DNA from: Alphaproteobacteria bacterium
Lineage (GTDB): Bacteria > Pseudomonadota > Alphaproteobacteria > UBA828
Assembly (NCBI GenBank): GCA_965214705.1
Contig: CBDCCI010000002.1
Location: 2,688,001-2,752,000, forward strand
Reading direction: 5' to 3'
DNA length: 64,000 nucleotides
The position numbers and the translations under genes were made by a program. This document shows, one piece after another, positions 23,278 to 37,725 of the stretch. Under the pieces are notes generated by a model. It did no database searches. It worked only from the letters and a program-made list of their open reading frames with translations, and was not told the DNA's origin. Positions within the stretch are counted from its first letter, which is position 1. The number at the start of each line of letters is the position of its first letter.

Positions 23278-23994
23278 AGGGGCCGGCCACGTAGATCCAG
23301 TAGTGGGTGAAGTCGCCCATCGCGACGTAGGGCCCGAGCGCCCGCGCGGGGTTCATCGCGGCACCCGCGACCGGGCCCATCAGCATGACCTCGATGCCGA
23401 CCACCGCGCCCACGGCGACGCCTGCGAAGGGGCCGTGCGCCCGCTTGTCGAGGCCGACGCCGGCGACCACCCACATCAGCAGGAACGCGAGAAAGAGCTC
23501 GATCAGGAACGCGGTAACTGGCGTGATGCCGATGGCCGCATTGGGCAGGTTCGCGCCCATCGCACCGTAGTCGCCGAGCGCCCACAGCAGGCACATCCCC
23601 GCCAGCACCGAGCCCGCGAGCTGGGCCAGCGCGTAGCCGGGGACGAGGCGCCAGTCGAGATGGCCGATCAGCGCGGCTGCGATCGAGAGCGCCGGATTGA
23701 CGTGGGCGCCCGAGACGTGACCGAAGGTATAGATGACGACCGTAATGATCAGGCCCGAAATCAGGCCGGGGCCAATGGCGCCGAGCATGCCGCCCATCTT
23801 GGCATCGACCACCACGGCGCCGGCCGCGAAGAAGACGAGCGAGAACGTGCCGATGAACTCGCAGCAGTAGCGGCGCAGGTCGTCGGGTCGCGCGCCTGCG
23901 GGCAAGCCCGCGCGAAGCGTGGCCTCGTCACTCATACGACCGGAGAATAACCGGTATCGCCGCCGCGCCAATCGGCCGCGCCGGCGGCGGATGC

Positions 23995-26649
<2,655 letters not shown>

Positions 26650-26793
26650 GGAATGGCCCTGCATGGTTCCCTGGGCCGCAGGCGGCCCGGGGCTTGGATG
26701 CGTGCCGTGCTACTTAGTGCGCCTTGGGCGGGCTGTCCAGATTGGCGCGCACCTTCGCGCGTCAGCGTTCGCCCGCCTCCGCTCCCAAGCTCG

Positions 26794-27876
<1,083 letters not shown>

Positions 27877-27935
27877 CACCGCCTCCTTATTCCACACAGG
27901 TAAAACCGATGCAATGCGACTCCGATTGGGCCAAT

Positions 27936-27950
27936 GTACCCTATTTGTTC
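27936..27950 (-). promoter_or_regulatory. Alphaproteobacterial LexA (SOS) box upstream of recA
   Basis: Minus strand GAAC-AAATAGG-GTAC matches the established GAAC-N7-GAAC/GTAC alpha LexA motif, 60 bp upstream of the recA ATG. Confidence 0.85.
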
Positions 27951-28023
27951 TCACCCCGCAAGCCCTCATTTCATCGCCGTCCGGGCGCGGGCACGCTATG
28001 ATGGGCGCGGCTGTCCGCCCTCC

Positions 28024-28100
28024 GGGCCCGTAGTTCAACTGGTTAGAACCCGCCGCTCATAACGGCGTTGTTGCAGGTTCGAGTCCTGCCGGGCCCACCA
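28024..28100 (+). tRNA. tRNA with CAT anticodon, most likely tRNA-Ile2 (lysidine)
   Basis: Acceptor GGGCCCG/CGGGCCC-ACCA; anticodon arm GCCG-CTCATAA-CGGC; T loop GGTTCGAGTCC; lacks the initiator GGG/CCC anticodon stem. Confidence 0.92.
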
Positions 28101-28132
28101 ACTCCCCTGAGTTTCTATTGTGGATCAATGGA

Positions 28133-28312
28133 TTACGAGCCTCGATTGTCCAACCTCTCGGGAAGGTTGGACAGCTTTGTTCCGGTTTCGGCCCCGAGCT
28201 TCGCCATGCCGGAGTCCGCGAGCGTCACTCGATTGGCAGCCGCCACATAACGACTCGCCTCCTTCGCGCTCGCGTGTCCGAGAAAACTCATGACCTCGAA
28301 TTCGGTTGCTCG
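28133..28312 (-). pseudogene. C-terminal relic of a tyrosine integrase next to the tRNA 3' end
   Basis: Minus strand reads ATEFEVMSFLGHASAKEASRYVAAANR...LDNRGS-stop, with the catalytic LGH...RY box; not in the ORF track. Confidence 0.75.
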
Positions 28313-28529
28313 GCGCGGGGATTTGCCGCCGACCGGCTCTGTAACCTATAGACCAAGCTGGACTCCGGCAGGGGCGGGCTATATTCGACGCTAGACAACA
28401 CGCTGCGCGCCTTTCCTGCCCTGCGGGCTGGATTGCGCCGCGCAGACCGTGACCCTGGCGAGAAATGCTGGCTAAGAGTATTCCAGCAGCCGTCCGGCCC
28501 ACTGCTTTCATGAGGAGTGCCGCGCAGCC

Positions 28530-30356
28530 ATGGACCTGCGCAACATCGCCATCATCGCCCATGTCGATCACGGCAAGACCACTCTGGTCGATGCCCTGCT
28601 GCGCCAGAGCGGCACGGTGCGCGCGAACCAGCCGATGCAAGAGCGCGCCCTCGACAGCGGCGAGCTCGAACGCGAGCGCGGCATCACGATCCTGGCCAAG
28701 TGCACCGCGATCGACTGGCGCGGCGTGCGCATCAACATCGTCGATACCCCCGGTCACGCGGACTTCGGCGGCGAGGTCGAGCGGGTGCTCGGCATGGTCG
28801 ACGGCGTGCTCGTTCTGGTGGACGCAGCCGAGGGCCCGATGCCTCAGACGAAGTTCGTCGTCGACAAGGCGCTTCGGCTCGGGCTCAGGCCGATCGTGGC
28901 GATCAGCAAGATGGATCGCGCGGACGCCCGACCCGAGATCGTGCACGAGGCGGTCTTCGACCTGTTCGACGCCCTGGGTGCGACCGACGCACAACTCGAC
29001 TTTCCGCTGGTCTACACATCGGCGCGCGACGGCTGGGCCTCGCGCGATGCGGCCGTCGCAGGGGCCGACATGACCCCGCTCTTCGAGACCGTCATCGCGC
29101 ACGTGCCCGCGCCTTCGACGGATCGGGACGGGCCATTCCGCATGCTGATCAGCCTGCTGGAGGCCGATCCCTTTCTTGGCCGGCTGGTGAGCGGCCGTGT
29201 GCTCTCCGGCCAGGTGGCAGCGAACCAGACCGTGACGGTGCTCGGCACGGACGGTGCCGTGGTCGAGGTCGCGCGCCTCACTAAGCTGCTTCGCGCGCGC
29301 GGGCTGGAACGGATCGCGGTGGGCAGCGCCGGGGCCGGCGAGATCGTGACGCTCGCGGGCCTCAAGACCGCCTCTGTGGCGGACACCGTCGCCGCTTCCG
29401 GGAACTGCACCGCGATCCCGGCCGAGCCCATCGACCCGCCAACGATCGCAATGGTGTTCTCGATCAATGACTCGCCGCTCGCGGGACGCGAGGGAACGCA
29501 ACTCACCTCACGCATGATCGCAGCGCGCCTCACCCGCGAAGCCGAGGGCAATGTCGCGATCCGGGTGAACGGCATGGCGGAGGACGGTGCCTTCGAGGTC
29601 GCCGGCCGGGGCGAGCTTCAACTCGCGGTGTTGATCGAGACCATGCGCCGCGAGGGCTTCGAGCTCTCCATCGGCCGCCCGCGGGTGCTGATGCGCGAAG
29701 ACCCGGCGGGCAGCGCGCCGCTCGAGCCCATCGAAGAAATCCAGATCGATGTGGACGAAGCCTTCGTCGGCGACGTGGTGACCGCGCTCGCCGAGCGGCG
29801 CGCGGAGCTGGTCGAGCTCAGGCCCTCGGGGCGGGACAAGATCAGGGCGCTGTTTCACGGCCCGACGCGCGGCCTGATCGGCTTCAACGGCGAGCTGCTC
29901 ACGGTGACCCGGGGCACGGCGATCATGCATCGGCTGTTTCACGGTTATGCGCCGTTCAAGGGCCCGCTGCCGGGACGGCAGACCGGCGTGCTCGTCTCGA
30001 GCGCGGACGGCAGGGCGGTCGCTTACGCGCTCTGGAATCTGGAGCCGCGGGGCACGCTCTTCATCGAGCCGGGGATGCCCGTCTACGGCGGCATGATCGT
30101 GGGCGAGCACACGCGGCCGCAGGACCTCGATGTCAACCCGCTGAAGAGCAAGCAGCTGACCAACATCCGGGCCGCCGGCAAGGACAATGCCGTGCGCCTG
30201 AGCCCGCCGCGGCCGATGCCGCTCGAGGTCGCGCTGGCCTATATCGCGGACGACGAACTGCTCGAAGTGACGCCGGCGGCGATCCGCCTGCGCAAGCGGC
30301 TGCTCGACCCCCATGCCCGCCGACGCGCCGCTCGGGCGCACGCGCGGGCATCGTGA
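28530..30356 (+). CDS. typA: Translational GTPase TypA/BipA
   Basis: [17 protein letters not shown]; [11 protein letters not shown]; [14 protein letters not shown]; GRGELQL; [10 protein letters not shown]; LEVTP. Confidence 0.95.
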   Translation: MDLRNIAIIAHVDHGKTTLVDALLRQSGTVRANQPMQERALDSGELERERGITILAKCTAIDWRGVRINIVDTPGHADFGGEVERVLGMVDGVLVLVDAAEGPMPQTKFVVDKALRLGLRPIVAISKMDRADARPEIVHEAVFDLFDALGATDAQLDFPLVYTSARDGWASRDAAVAGADMTPLFETVIAHVPAPSTDRDGPFRMLISLLEADPFLGRLVSGRVLSGQVAANQTVTVLGTDGAVVEVARLTKLLRARGLERIAVGSAGAGEIVTLAGLKTASVADTVAASGNCTAIPAEPIDPPTIAMVFSINDSPLAGREGTQLTSRMIAARLTREAEGNVAIRVNGMAEDGAFEVAGRGELQLAVLIETMRREGFELSIGRPRVLMREDPAGSAPLEPIEEIQIDVDEAFVGDVVTALAERRAELVELRPSGRDKIRALFHGPTRGLIGFNGELLTVTRGTAIMHRLFHGYAPFKGPLPGRQTGVLVSSADGRAVAYALWNLEPRGTLFIEPGMPVYGGMIVGEHTRPQDLDVNPLKSKQLTNIRAAGKDNAVRLSPPRPMPLEVALAYIADDELLEVTPAAIRLRKRLLDPHARRRAARAHARAS

Positions 30357-31557
30357 TCGTCTGCCCAACAATCGAACACGCACAGCACGGCCTTGAGACT
30401 TTGCCAAGCGGAGCCTCTCTGGCTAGGAATTACCCGATCCCAGCGGAGCCTCGTCGATCATGGACCAAGACATCCTCTCCCAGCTTGCACCGAGCGGCAC
30501 CCTGCGCGCGGGTATCAACCTGTCCAACTTCCTGCTGGTGACGGGCAGGGCGTCGTCGGGCGACCCGATCGGCGTCGCACCCGACATGGCGCGCGCGATC
30601 GCAGATCGCCTGGGTGTCGCGGTCTCCTACGTCACCTTCGCCTCGCCCGGCGAACTCACCGATGCGGCGGGACGGGATCTCTGGGACATCGGCCTCATCG
30701 CCGCGGAGCCTGCGCGCGCGGAGACGATCGCGTTCTCGCCGCCATACGTCGAGATCGAGGCGACTTACATGGTTCCCGAGAGCAGCTCCCTCGCTGCGAT
30801 CGAGGACGTCGACCGCTCCGGCATCCGCATCGCGGTGTCGGACAGGAGCGCCTATGACCTGTACCTGACGCGCCATCTCAAGCACGCCGAGCTGGTGCGC
30901 GCGAAGGGCCTTGCGGCCGCCTTCGAGGTCTTCGTGAACGAGCAGCTCGACGCGCTCGCGGGCCTCAGGCCCGGTTTGATCGCGGACGCCGACAAGCTCC
31001 CCGGCGCTCGGATTCTCGACGGGCGCTTCACGGCCGTTCGGCAGGCGGTGGGCACAGCGACGACCAACCGTGCGGGCGCCGCCTTCCTGGCCAACTTCGT
31101 CGAGGAGGCCAAGGCGAGCGGTCTTATCGCCCGCCTGATCGATCGCCACGGCGTGACCGGTCGTCTCCTGGTCGCGCCGGAAAATCCCCCCTCGCCTGAG
31201 GATTGTGGATCCGAAGTGAATCCGCAGGCCCAGGCCGCCGGCGGTCTCCGGATGTCGCGTGAGCAGATGATCGACCTCGGGCAGAAGGCGCTTGAGCTCG
31301 TGGTAGAGCGGATCGAGAGCCTGCCGGGAGAGAATGCCTGGGAGGGCGAGTTCCGGTGGGTCCTCGAAGAGCAGTTGCTCGAGGACCCACCTGAGGACGG
31401 GAAGCCGGCCGCAGAGGTGATCGAGCGGGCGGCGCGCGAGGTTCTGCCGTTCACGGCGCGAATCGACCACCCCCGCTGCTTCGGGTTCATCCCGTCATCG
31501 CCCACCTGGCCCGGCGTGGTGGCCGACTTCATGGCCGCCGGCTATCACATCAATCAA

Positions 31558-33231
31558 CCTAAATCCCGCAGTTGGGGGCGATGATCGGTCGATTTCCGGG
31601 CTCAATTTCAGCCTGCCAGCGCAGGCCGAGGCGGTGGAATCCAGGGCTGGCGACCCGGCTGGCGGCCCCGGAGGTACTTCTTCAGCGCTTCCGCCAGGAT
31701 CCGGCGCCAGCGATCCTCAGCGCTCAACTGCTCCGCACTTGTCAGCAGAGTCTGGAAGAAGCCGGTGATCCGCCGCAACGCCGCGACCACGGCCCCCCGC
31801 CGCCCGTGGCTCGACGTCACCGTCAGCCGGGTTTGACCGGCGTGATGGGTCTGGCGGGCAACCCCATGCAGCAGGAGCGGTCGGCTGGTGATCGCCTCGC
31901 GGTGGTGATCGGGGTCCGCCAAGCGCACGAACAGGCTCCACCAATTGTAAATGAGCGCGATCAGCCGGGCCATGTGCTGGCAGCGCTTCAGGTCTCGCGT
32001 GGTGAAGCCGCCCCAGCCCCACTGGTTCTTCAACTCGTCGAAGCCGTTCTCCGCGTCCGCCCGATCCCGGTAGAGCTGGGCGATCGAGAGAACCTCCAGA
32101 TCCAGAGACGTCGCCAGAACCGCAAACTCCCACACCTTGGTGCCAGGCTGCGCGTCGGCCCAGAAGAGATCGCCCTGACCGTCGTCTGCGCGCGTCAGCG
32201 CCACCGTCCCGGGAAGCCGACGGCGCAGCACCACCACGCGACGCGTCCGGCTCCAGCCATGCAAGCGAAGCTCGGCCTCGATCCCCGACCAGCCCGGGCC
32301 CGCGTCCGTCCACTCGTCCCGCGTCATCAGGCACTCGGCAAGCCGGCGCGCGCCCTTGGTCAGGCGCAGCTTGAACAGATAGTCGAGACCCGCCCCCTCG
32401 CACGACGCCATGTTGCCCTCGTTGCCCCAGTCCTTGTCGCCCCGTACGAGCCGCGGCCAGTTCTCACGGCCGAGGCGGTCGAGCAAGGCCCACAGCGAAG
32501 GCGCCGCGTTCTTCGAGTGGTGACGGTTCCCGGGCGCGACATCGACGTCCAGAACAAGGCGCGTGCCCGCCATCAGGAACGCATGGTAGGCATGCGACGG
32601 ACGGCCCGGCTTCTTCGGGTTGTAGCTCACCACAGCCCCCTCCTGGTGGCCGTAGAGCGGCTTGATCGTTGTGTCGCAATCCAGAACCCACGGCTCGCTC
32701 AGCAAGGGCCGCGCCGTGTCGTCGAGATGGCCGTGCAGCCAGGAAGCGCCGTCCTCCGCGTCGATCCGTCCCAGGCCGCGCCGAACCGAGTCCTCGCTCG
32801 CCACCTTGGTCATGCCCAACAGCGACGGATTGACGCCGTCGCCGCGCAGCGCCGTGATGTGCGCGTAGCGCCAGTGTCCTGCGAGGGCCGACAGCATCAC
32901 CGTCCCCAGCACGTCCCGCTTCGAGGGCGCGTTCGGGCTCGTGTAGTGCAGCGGGCAGTCCGCCACCAGCGCGTCGAAGCGGCCGCTGACTTTCAGGTAT
33001 TCGGCGAAGAACACCAGATGACCCAGCGGTGTGGCCGCCGCATCCGGGTCCCATTCGACGTGGACGGTGCCGCCGAAGGTGTCCACCTTCACGGCCTCTC
33101 GGGCGAGCTCCCGCGCAGTGCTGGGACCATCACCCGCAGGGTGAGCCTCAAGGGCCTGTTTCGATTCGCTCATGCCCCTAGCCTACAAGGCTTTTTCGTG
33201 ATCGGCCCCGAAACCAACTGCGGGATTTAGG
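31558..33231 (-). mobile_element. IS1380-family-like insertion sequence (1674 bp)
   Basis: Perfect 18-bp IRs CCTAAATCCCGCAGTTGG; 5-bp TSD ATCAA at 31553-31557 and 33232-33236. Confidence 0.88.
31608..33173 (-). CDS. DDE transposase (IS1380-like)
   Basis: WVLDCDTT; YGHQEGA...YNPKKPGRPSH; VRGDKDWG; YRDRADAENGFDELKNQWG. Confidence 0.85.
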   Translation of the reverse strand: MSESKQALEAHPAGDGPSTARELAREAVKVDTFGGTVHVEWDPDAAATPLGHLVFFAEYLKVSGRFDALVADCPLHYTSPNAPSKRDVLGTVMLSALAGHWRYAHITALRGDGVNPSLLGMTKVASEDSVRRGLGRIDAEDGASWLHGHLDDTARPLLSEPWVLDCDTTIKPLYGHQEGAVVSYNPKKPGRPSHAYHAFLMAGTRLVLDVDVAPGNRHHSKNAAPSLWALLDRLGRENWPRLVRGDKDWGNEGNMASCEGAGLDYLFKLRLTKGARRLAECLMTRDEWTDAGPGWSGIEAELRLHGWSRTRRVVVLRRRLPGTVALTRADDGQGDLFWADAQPGTKVWEFAVLATSLDLEVLSIAQLYRDRADAENGFDELKNQWGWGGFTTRDLKRCQHMARLIALIYNWWSLFVRLADPDHHREAITSRPLLLHGVARQTHHAGQTRLTVTSSHGRRGAVVAALRRITGFFQTLLTSAEQLSAEDRWRRILAEALKKYLRGRQPGRQPWIPPPRPALAG

Positions 33232-34264
33232 ATCAATGCACCTGGCTGGTCGCGAGCGGCCCCAGCCAGCTGGAGCTGGTCGTCATCGACTGGTTCAGGC
33301 GTTGGCTCGGCTATCCGGAGGGCGCGGGCGGGCTCTTCACCAGCGGCGGCTCGGCGGCGAGCGTCGACGCCTTCGTCGCGGCGCGCGAGGCGGCGGGCCA
33401 CCCCGAACGCGCCACTGTCTACATGAGCGACCAGAGCCACAGCGCGCTCTCCCGCGCGGCGATGATCGTGGGCGTCCGCCGCGAGCGCATTCGCATGATT
33501 CCGAGCGACGCGGACTTCCGCATGGACATGGATGCCCTCGCCAGCGCCGTGGCCGCAGACCGCGACGCCGGCCTTAGCCCCATCGCGGTCGCCGCCAACG
33601 CCGGCACGGCGGGCACGGGCGCCATCGACCCACTTGAGGAGATGGCCGACTTCTGCGCGGCGGAAGGCCTCTGGCTGCATGTCGACGCCGCCTACGGCGG
33701 CTTCGCGGTGGTGACCGAGCGCGGCAAGCGGCTTCTCCGCGGCATCGAACGCGCCGATTCGGTCGGGCTGGATGCGCACAAGTGGCTCTTCCAGCCCTAT
33801 GAAGCGGGCTGCCTGCTGGTTAAGGACGAGAATACGCTCACGAACGCCTTCGGGGTCCGGCCCGACATCCTTCAGGACACGGTATGGGGAGCAAACCATC
33901 CCAACTTCTCGAACCTCGGCCTGCAGCTGAGCCGCTCGGTTCGTGCGCTGAAGGTCTGGATGTCGGTCCAGACCTTCGGCATGGCGGCGTTCCGGCGCGC
34001 TGTCGAGACGGGGATGCAGCTGGCCGAGACGGCGGAAGAGTACATCCGTGAGAGTCCAGTCCTGGAAGCCACAAGTACGCCGACGCTGGGGATCGTGTGC
34101 TTCCGGGTCAATCCGTCTGACGATGAACTCGACGAGGCGGTACTGGACAAGGTCAACAGGACGGTCCTCGCCCGCATGTTCTGGGATAATCCTGCGTTCA
34201 TGTCGTCAATGCTGCTGCACGGGACGTTCACGCTCAGGATGTGCATCATCAACCACACCACGAC

Positions 34265-34427
34265 GCGCACCTACGGTGCTAATCTACTGATAAAGCGTTG
34301 CTTTTTTCCTCCTGCTTTGGCCGATGGCCGCGGAATCGGTCCCCGATTTCGCCCCGGCTGCAACGCAGCGCAGGAGGAATATCAATGGCGACGCTTCGCC
34401 TCAACCAACGCCGCGTCGACGCGCTCA
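34265..34427 (+). repeat. Left arm of the long inverted repeat
   Basis: GCGCACCTACGG...GCGTTGCTTTTTTCCTCCTG...TTCGCCCCGGCTGCAACG...CAGGAGGAAT.TCAATGGCGACG...GCGCTCA. Confidence 0.85.
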
Positions 34428-34753
34428 AGCCCCGCAAGTCCGCCTACGACGTGCGCGACCGCGATCTCAAGGGCTTCGGCGTAAGGGTCCTGCCCTCGGG
34501 CGCCAAGCGCTACTTCGTCCATACCCAGCACCAGGGCCGGCGGGTCTGGAAGATCGTCGGCCAGGCCGGGGCCATCGGCGCCGACGAGGCCCGCGACCGG
34601 GCCAGGACCCTGGTGGCCTCGCTCCGCAAGGGCGACGGCGGCGAAGCCGCGGCGGCGCCGGACATCCCGTTCGAGACGGTCGCCGATGAAGTCTTGCGCC
34701 GCTACGCCCGGAACTGGAAGCCGTCCACGCTCAAGGTCAACCGCTACTACTAC

Positions 34754-36956
34754 CAGGGCGAATTTGTCCAAGCCTGATTTTTGAGTTCTGCGCTACGAGT
34801 TGACCTTGGGTCTGGTCAGCGCGCGCCAACCCTGCTATGGATTGAGGCGACTGGATTCGCGGTGTTCTGCTGCGGATCGGCTTCGAGCAGGGGGACGGTT
34901 TCTACGGTGGATCTTTCCGAGGTCGATGTCGCTGCTGTCCGGCCGGAGGACGAGGCCCGGTTCCGCGCGCTGATGGAGGGGCATCACTACCTGGGTGCGT
35001 CTGCGAAGGTGGGGGCGACGGCGTGGTACGTCGCCCATCGGCGCGGCGAGTGGCTGGCGCTGGCCGTGTTTTCGGCTGCGGCGCGCAAGTGCCGGGCGCG
35101 GGACGAGTGGATCGGCTGGGACTTCCGCACGCAGCACGGGCGGCTGCATCTGATCGCGAACAACGCGCGCTTCCTGATCCTGCCGGGACGGGGTGTTCCG
35201 AACCTCGGCTCGCGGGTGCTGGGGCTTTGCGCGCGGCGCTTGGCGCGCGACTGGCCGGCCCGCTTCGGCCACCCCGTGCTGATGCTGGAAACATTCGTGG
35301 ACGCGGCGAGGTTCCGGGGCACGGTCTACCGGGCGGCTGGATGGCTGGCGGTCGGCCAGACCCGCGGCTTCCGGCGCCACCGCTCGGGCTATGTCGCCGG
35401 CTCGACGCCGAAGCTTGTGCTGCTGCGCCCCCTGGTTCCCGACGCCTGCCGCCGGCTGTCCGCTGCCGGGCTGGATCGGGAGTTGTGGAAGAAAGGAGTT
35501 CCGAGAACCATGATCAGCGCCGCTCAGCAAGAGTCGCTCTACGCCTACTTCAAGGACATCGACGACCCCCGCACGCGCAAGGGACGGCGGCATTCGCTGC
35601 CCAGCGTGCTCGCGCTTGCGAGTGGCGCGACGCTCTGCGGCATGCGAGGCTGGAAGGCCATCTCCGAGTGGGTCGACGATCTCGGCGAGAAGGCGCTGGC
35701 CCGCTTCGGCGTGCGGCTGCGCGACGGGGTGCGCCGGCCGCCTTCGATGTCGACCATCCGCAATGTGGTGATCCGGGTGGACCCGGACCAGTTGGACGAG
35801 GCGTTGCGCAAGTGGCAGGAGGCCCACGGCTCAGGCGACGCGGCGCTTGCCATCGACGGCAAGACCCTGAGGGGGGCCATCGACGAGGACGGGACCCAGG
35901 CTCATGTCATGAGCGCGGTCGGGCACGAGACCAAGGCCACGCTCGCCCAAAAAAACTTCTCCTGAAAGTCGGGGCCGACGAGGAGACAAAGCGCACCAAC
36001 GAGATCGGCACCGTGACGGCGCTGGTGGACCTGATCCCGAACATCGCGGGCAAGACGGTCACGACGGACGCGCTGCTAACCCAGCGCAAGTTCGCCCGCT
36101 ACCTGCTCGACCGGGGCGCGCACTTCATGTTCATCGTGAAAGGGAACCAGAAGACCATGCGGGACGATGTGACGCTGCTCTTCGAAGAGGCGCCGGAGCG
36201 TGAGCCCGACTTCGAGGAGGAGGCCGCGCTGTCGCACGGACGCATCGAGCAGCGGGCAATCTGGACGAGCACGGAGTTGAACGGCTTTCTCGACTTCCCG
36301 GGCGTCGGCCAGGTCTTCATGATCGAGCGCTCCCGCCAGGACAAGAAGACCGGCGAGACCGGCACCGAGACCGCCTACGGGATCTCCAGCCACACGCCCG
36401 GCACGGCCAACGCGCAGAGCCTGCTCGCCCTCAACCGCGGCCACTGGTGCATCGAGAACAGCTCGCACCACTGCCTCGACTGGACCTGGGACGAGGACCG
36501 CAGCCGCATACGCACAGGCTTCGGCCCCGAGAACATGACCCGCCTGCGGCGCTTCGCCATCGGCCTGATCAAGGGCCGGGGGCTCGAGGTCGCCTCGACC
36601 GTGCGCAGGCTCGCCCGCAACGTCCGCGCCGTCCTCGACTTCCTGAAAATGACCGGGAACACCCAGCCGAGGACCGCAAAGCGCGCCGCGCCGGCCTGAA
36701 CCCCGGCGCCCGGCAAGCCGGGCGCAAAGATCGTACCTGCCCTCGCTCCCGACCACGCCGGTGGCGCGATCCATCATGTCGGGGCACCGCCAAATCGCGA
36801 CGGCACCGCCCGCACCGCCCACACGGTAATGCCAGAACCCTCTGACCGAACCGGATGCTCGGCCAGACCCCGCCGCAAACCCCGCAACAAAGCCGATCCG
36901 CACAACCCGTGGCCAGAACTCAACTGCCTACCAGCCGCTTGGACAAATTTGCCCTG
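34754..36956 (+). mobile_element. ISAs1-family IS with DUF4338/DruA-like domain, copy 2 (2203 bp)
   Basis: Same IRs as copy 1; 10-bp TSD CTACTACTAC at 34744-34753 and 36957-36966; differences from copy 1 seen at 35662 and 36207. Confidence 0.92.
34781..36699 (+). CDS. DUF4338/DruA-like plus ISAs1 transposase with a -1 frameshift at 35950-35956; start uncertain (GTG 34907 plausible)
   Basis: ORF1 ends GCC CAA AAA AAC TTC TCC TGA; the -1 frame continues KKLLLKVG...RTNEI into the DDE core. Confidence 0.85.
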
Positions 36957-37725
36957 CTACTACTACCGGAACCAGATACTACCCTGGTTCAAAGGACGCT
37001 CCATCGCCGGCATCGCCGCAACCGACGTACAGTGCTGGTTTGCATCCCTTCACGAGACCCCCGTGTCGGCCGACCGCTCGGCCCCCGTGCTCTCGGTCAT
37101 CATGCGCCAGGCCGAAGTCTACGGCTACCGGCCGGAGGGGACCAATCCGTGCGCGGGCATCAAGCGCTATCGGCGCCAAGGGCGGGAGCGCTTCCTGTCC
37201 ACCGCCGAGATAGGCCGGCTGGGCGAGGTGCTGGCACGCCACGAGGCGGACCAGCCGCAGGCCGTGGCGATCGTACGGCTGCTCCTGCTCACCGGTTGCC
37301 GGGCAGGCGAGATCGTCTCCCTGAAATGGCGCGACTACCGCGAGGGCAAGCTGTTCCTGCGCGACTCCAAGTCCGGTCCGCGCACGGTCTGGCTCTCGTC
37401 TGCCGCGTGCGCGGTCCTCGACGGCCTTCCCCGCAAGGCAACCTGGATCTTCCCCTCGCCGCACAGGGACAGCTGTCTGTCCGGAGCGACGGTCACTCGT
37501 GTCTGGCATTCCGTGAGGGCGGAAGCGGACCTGCGCGACGTCCGCCTTCACGATTGCCGGCACTCGTACGCCAGCATGGCGCTCGCGCAAGGCGAGACGG
37601 TCCTGACCATCGGCCGGCTGCTCGGACACCGCGATCCGGCGACGACGCTGAAGTACATCCATCTGTCCGACACCATGGTGCGCGAGGCCGTCGACATGGT
37701 CGGCGCTGCCTTGGAGGGCTGACAC

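Larger units (their letters stand above)
20997..23935 (-). pseudogene. MIP/aquaporin channel interrupted in its last helix by an ISAs1-type element
   Basis: SGAHVNPA and AMNPAR motifs; removing the IS and one TSD restores ...YWIYVAGPLIGMALGAYAWRVTHGGRERTG-stop (stop at 20997-20999). Confidence 0.9.
30460..34265 (+). pseudogene. Fusion of a polar-amino-acid solute-binding domain to a group II PLP decarboxylase; split by an IS1380-like element and 3'-truncated by the integrase element
   Basis: LAPSGTLRAGINL...GRLLVAP runs without a stop into MSREQMIDLG...HPRCFGFIP; removing the IS gives HINQ|CTWLVASGP; later LHVDAAYGG and DAHKW; native sequence ends at INHTTT. Confidence 0.85.
34385..37722 (+). 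pseudogene. Tyrosine integrase 1 (N-terminal arm-binding domain), interrupted by ISAs1-type copy 2
   Basis: Joining 34385-34753 to 36967-37722 restores a 374-aa ORF with GFGVRVLPSG, LTGCRAGE, DSKSG, LHDCRH, LLGH and TLKY. Confidence 0.88.

Noticed and set aside
34266-34484. C-terminal extension of the 353-aa decarboxylase ORF
   Set aside because: Read-through into the integrase-element arm; the paralogue shows the native ending SWDDVRETLEAVERFG
35023-35947. N-terminal ~310 aa of the 558-aa IS ORF (and its equivalent in copy 1)
   Set aside because: Low-complexity overlap of ORF1; only the part after the slippery site resembles a transposase
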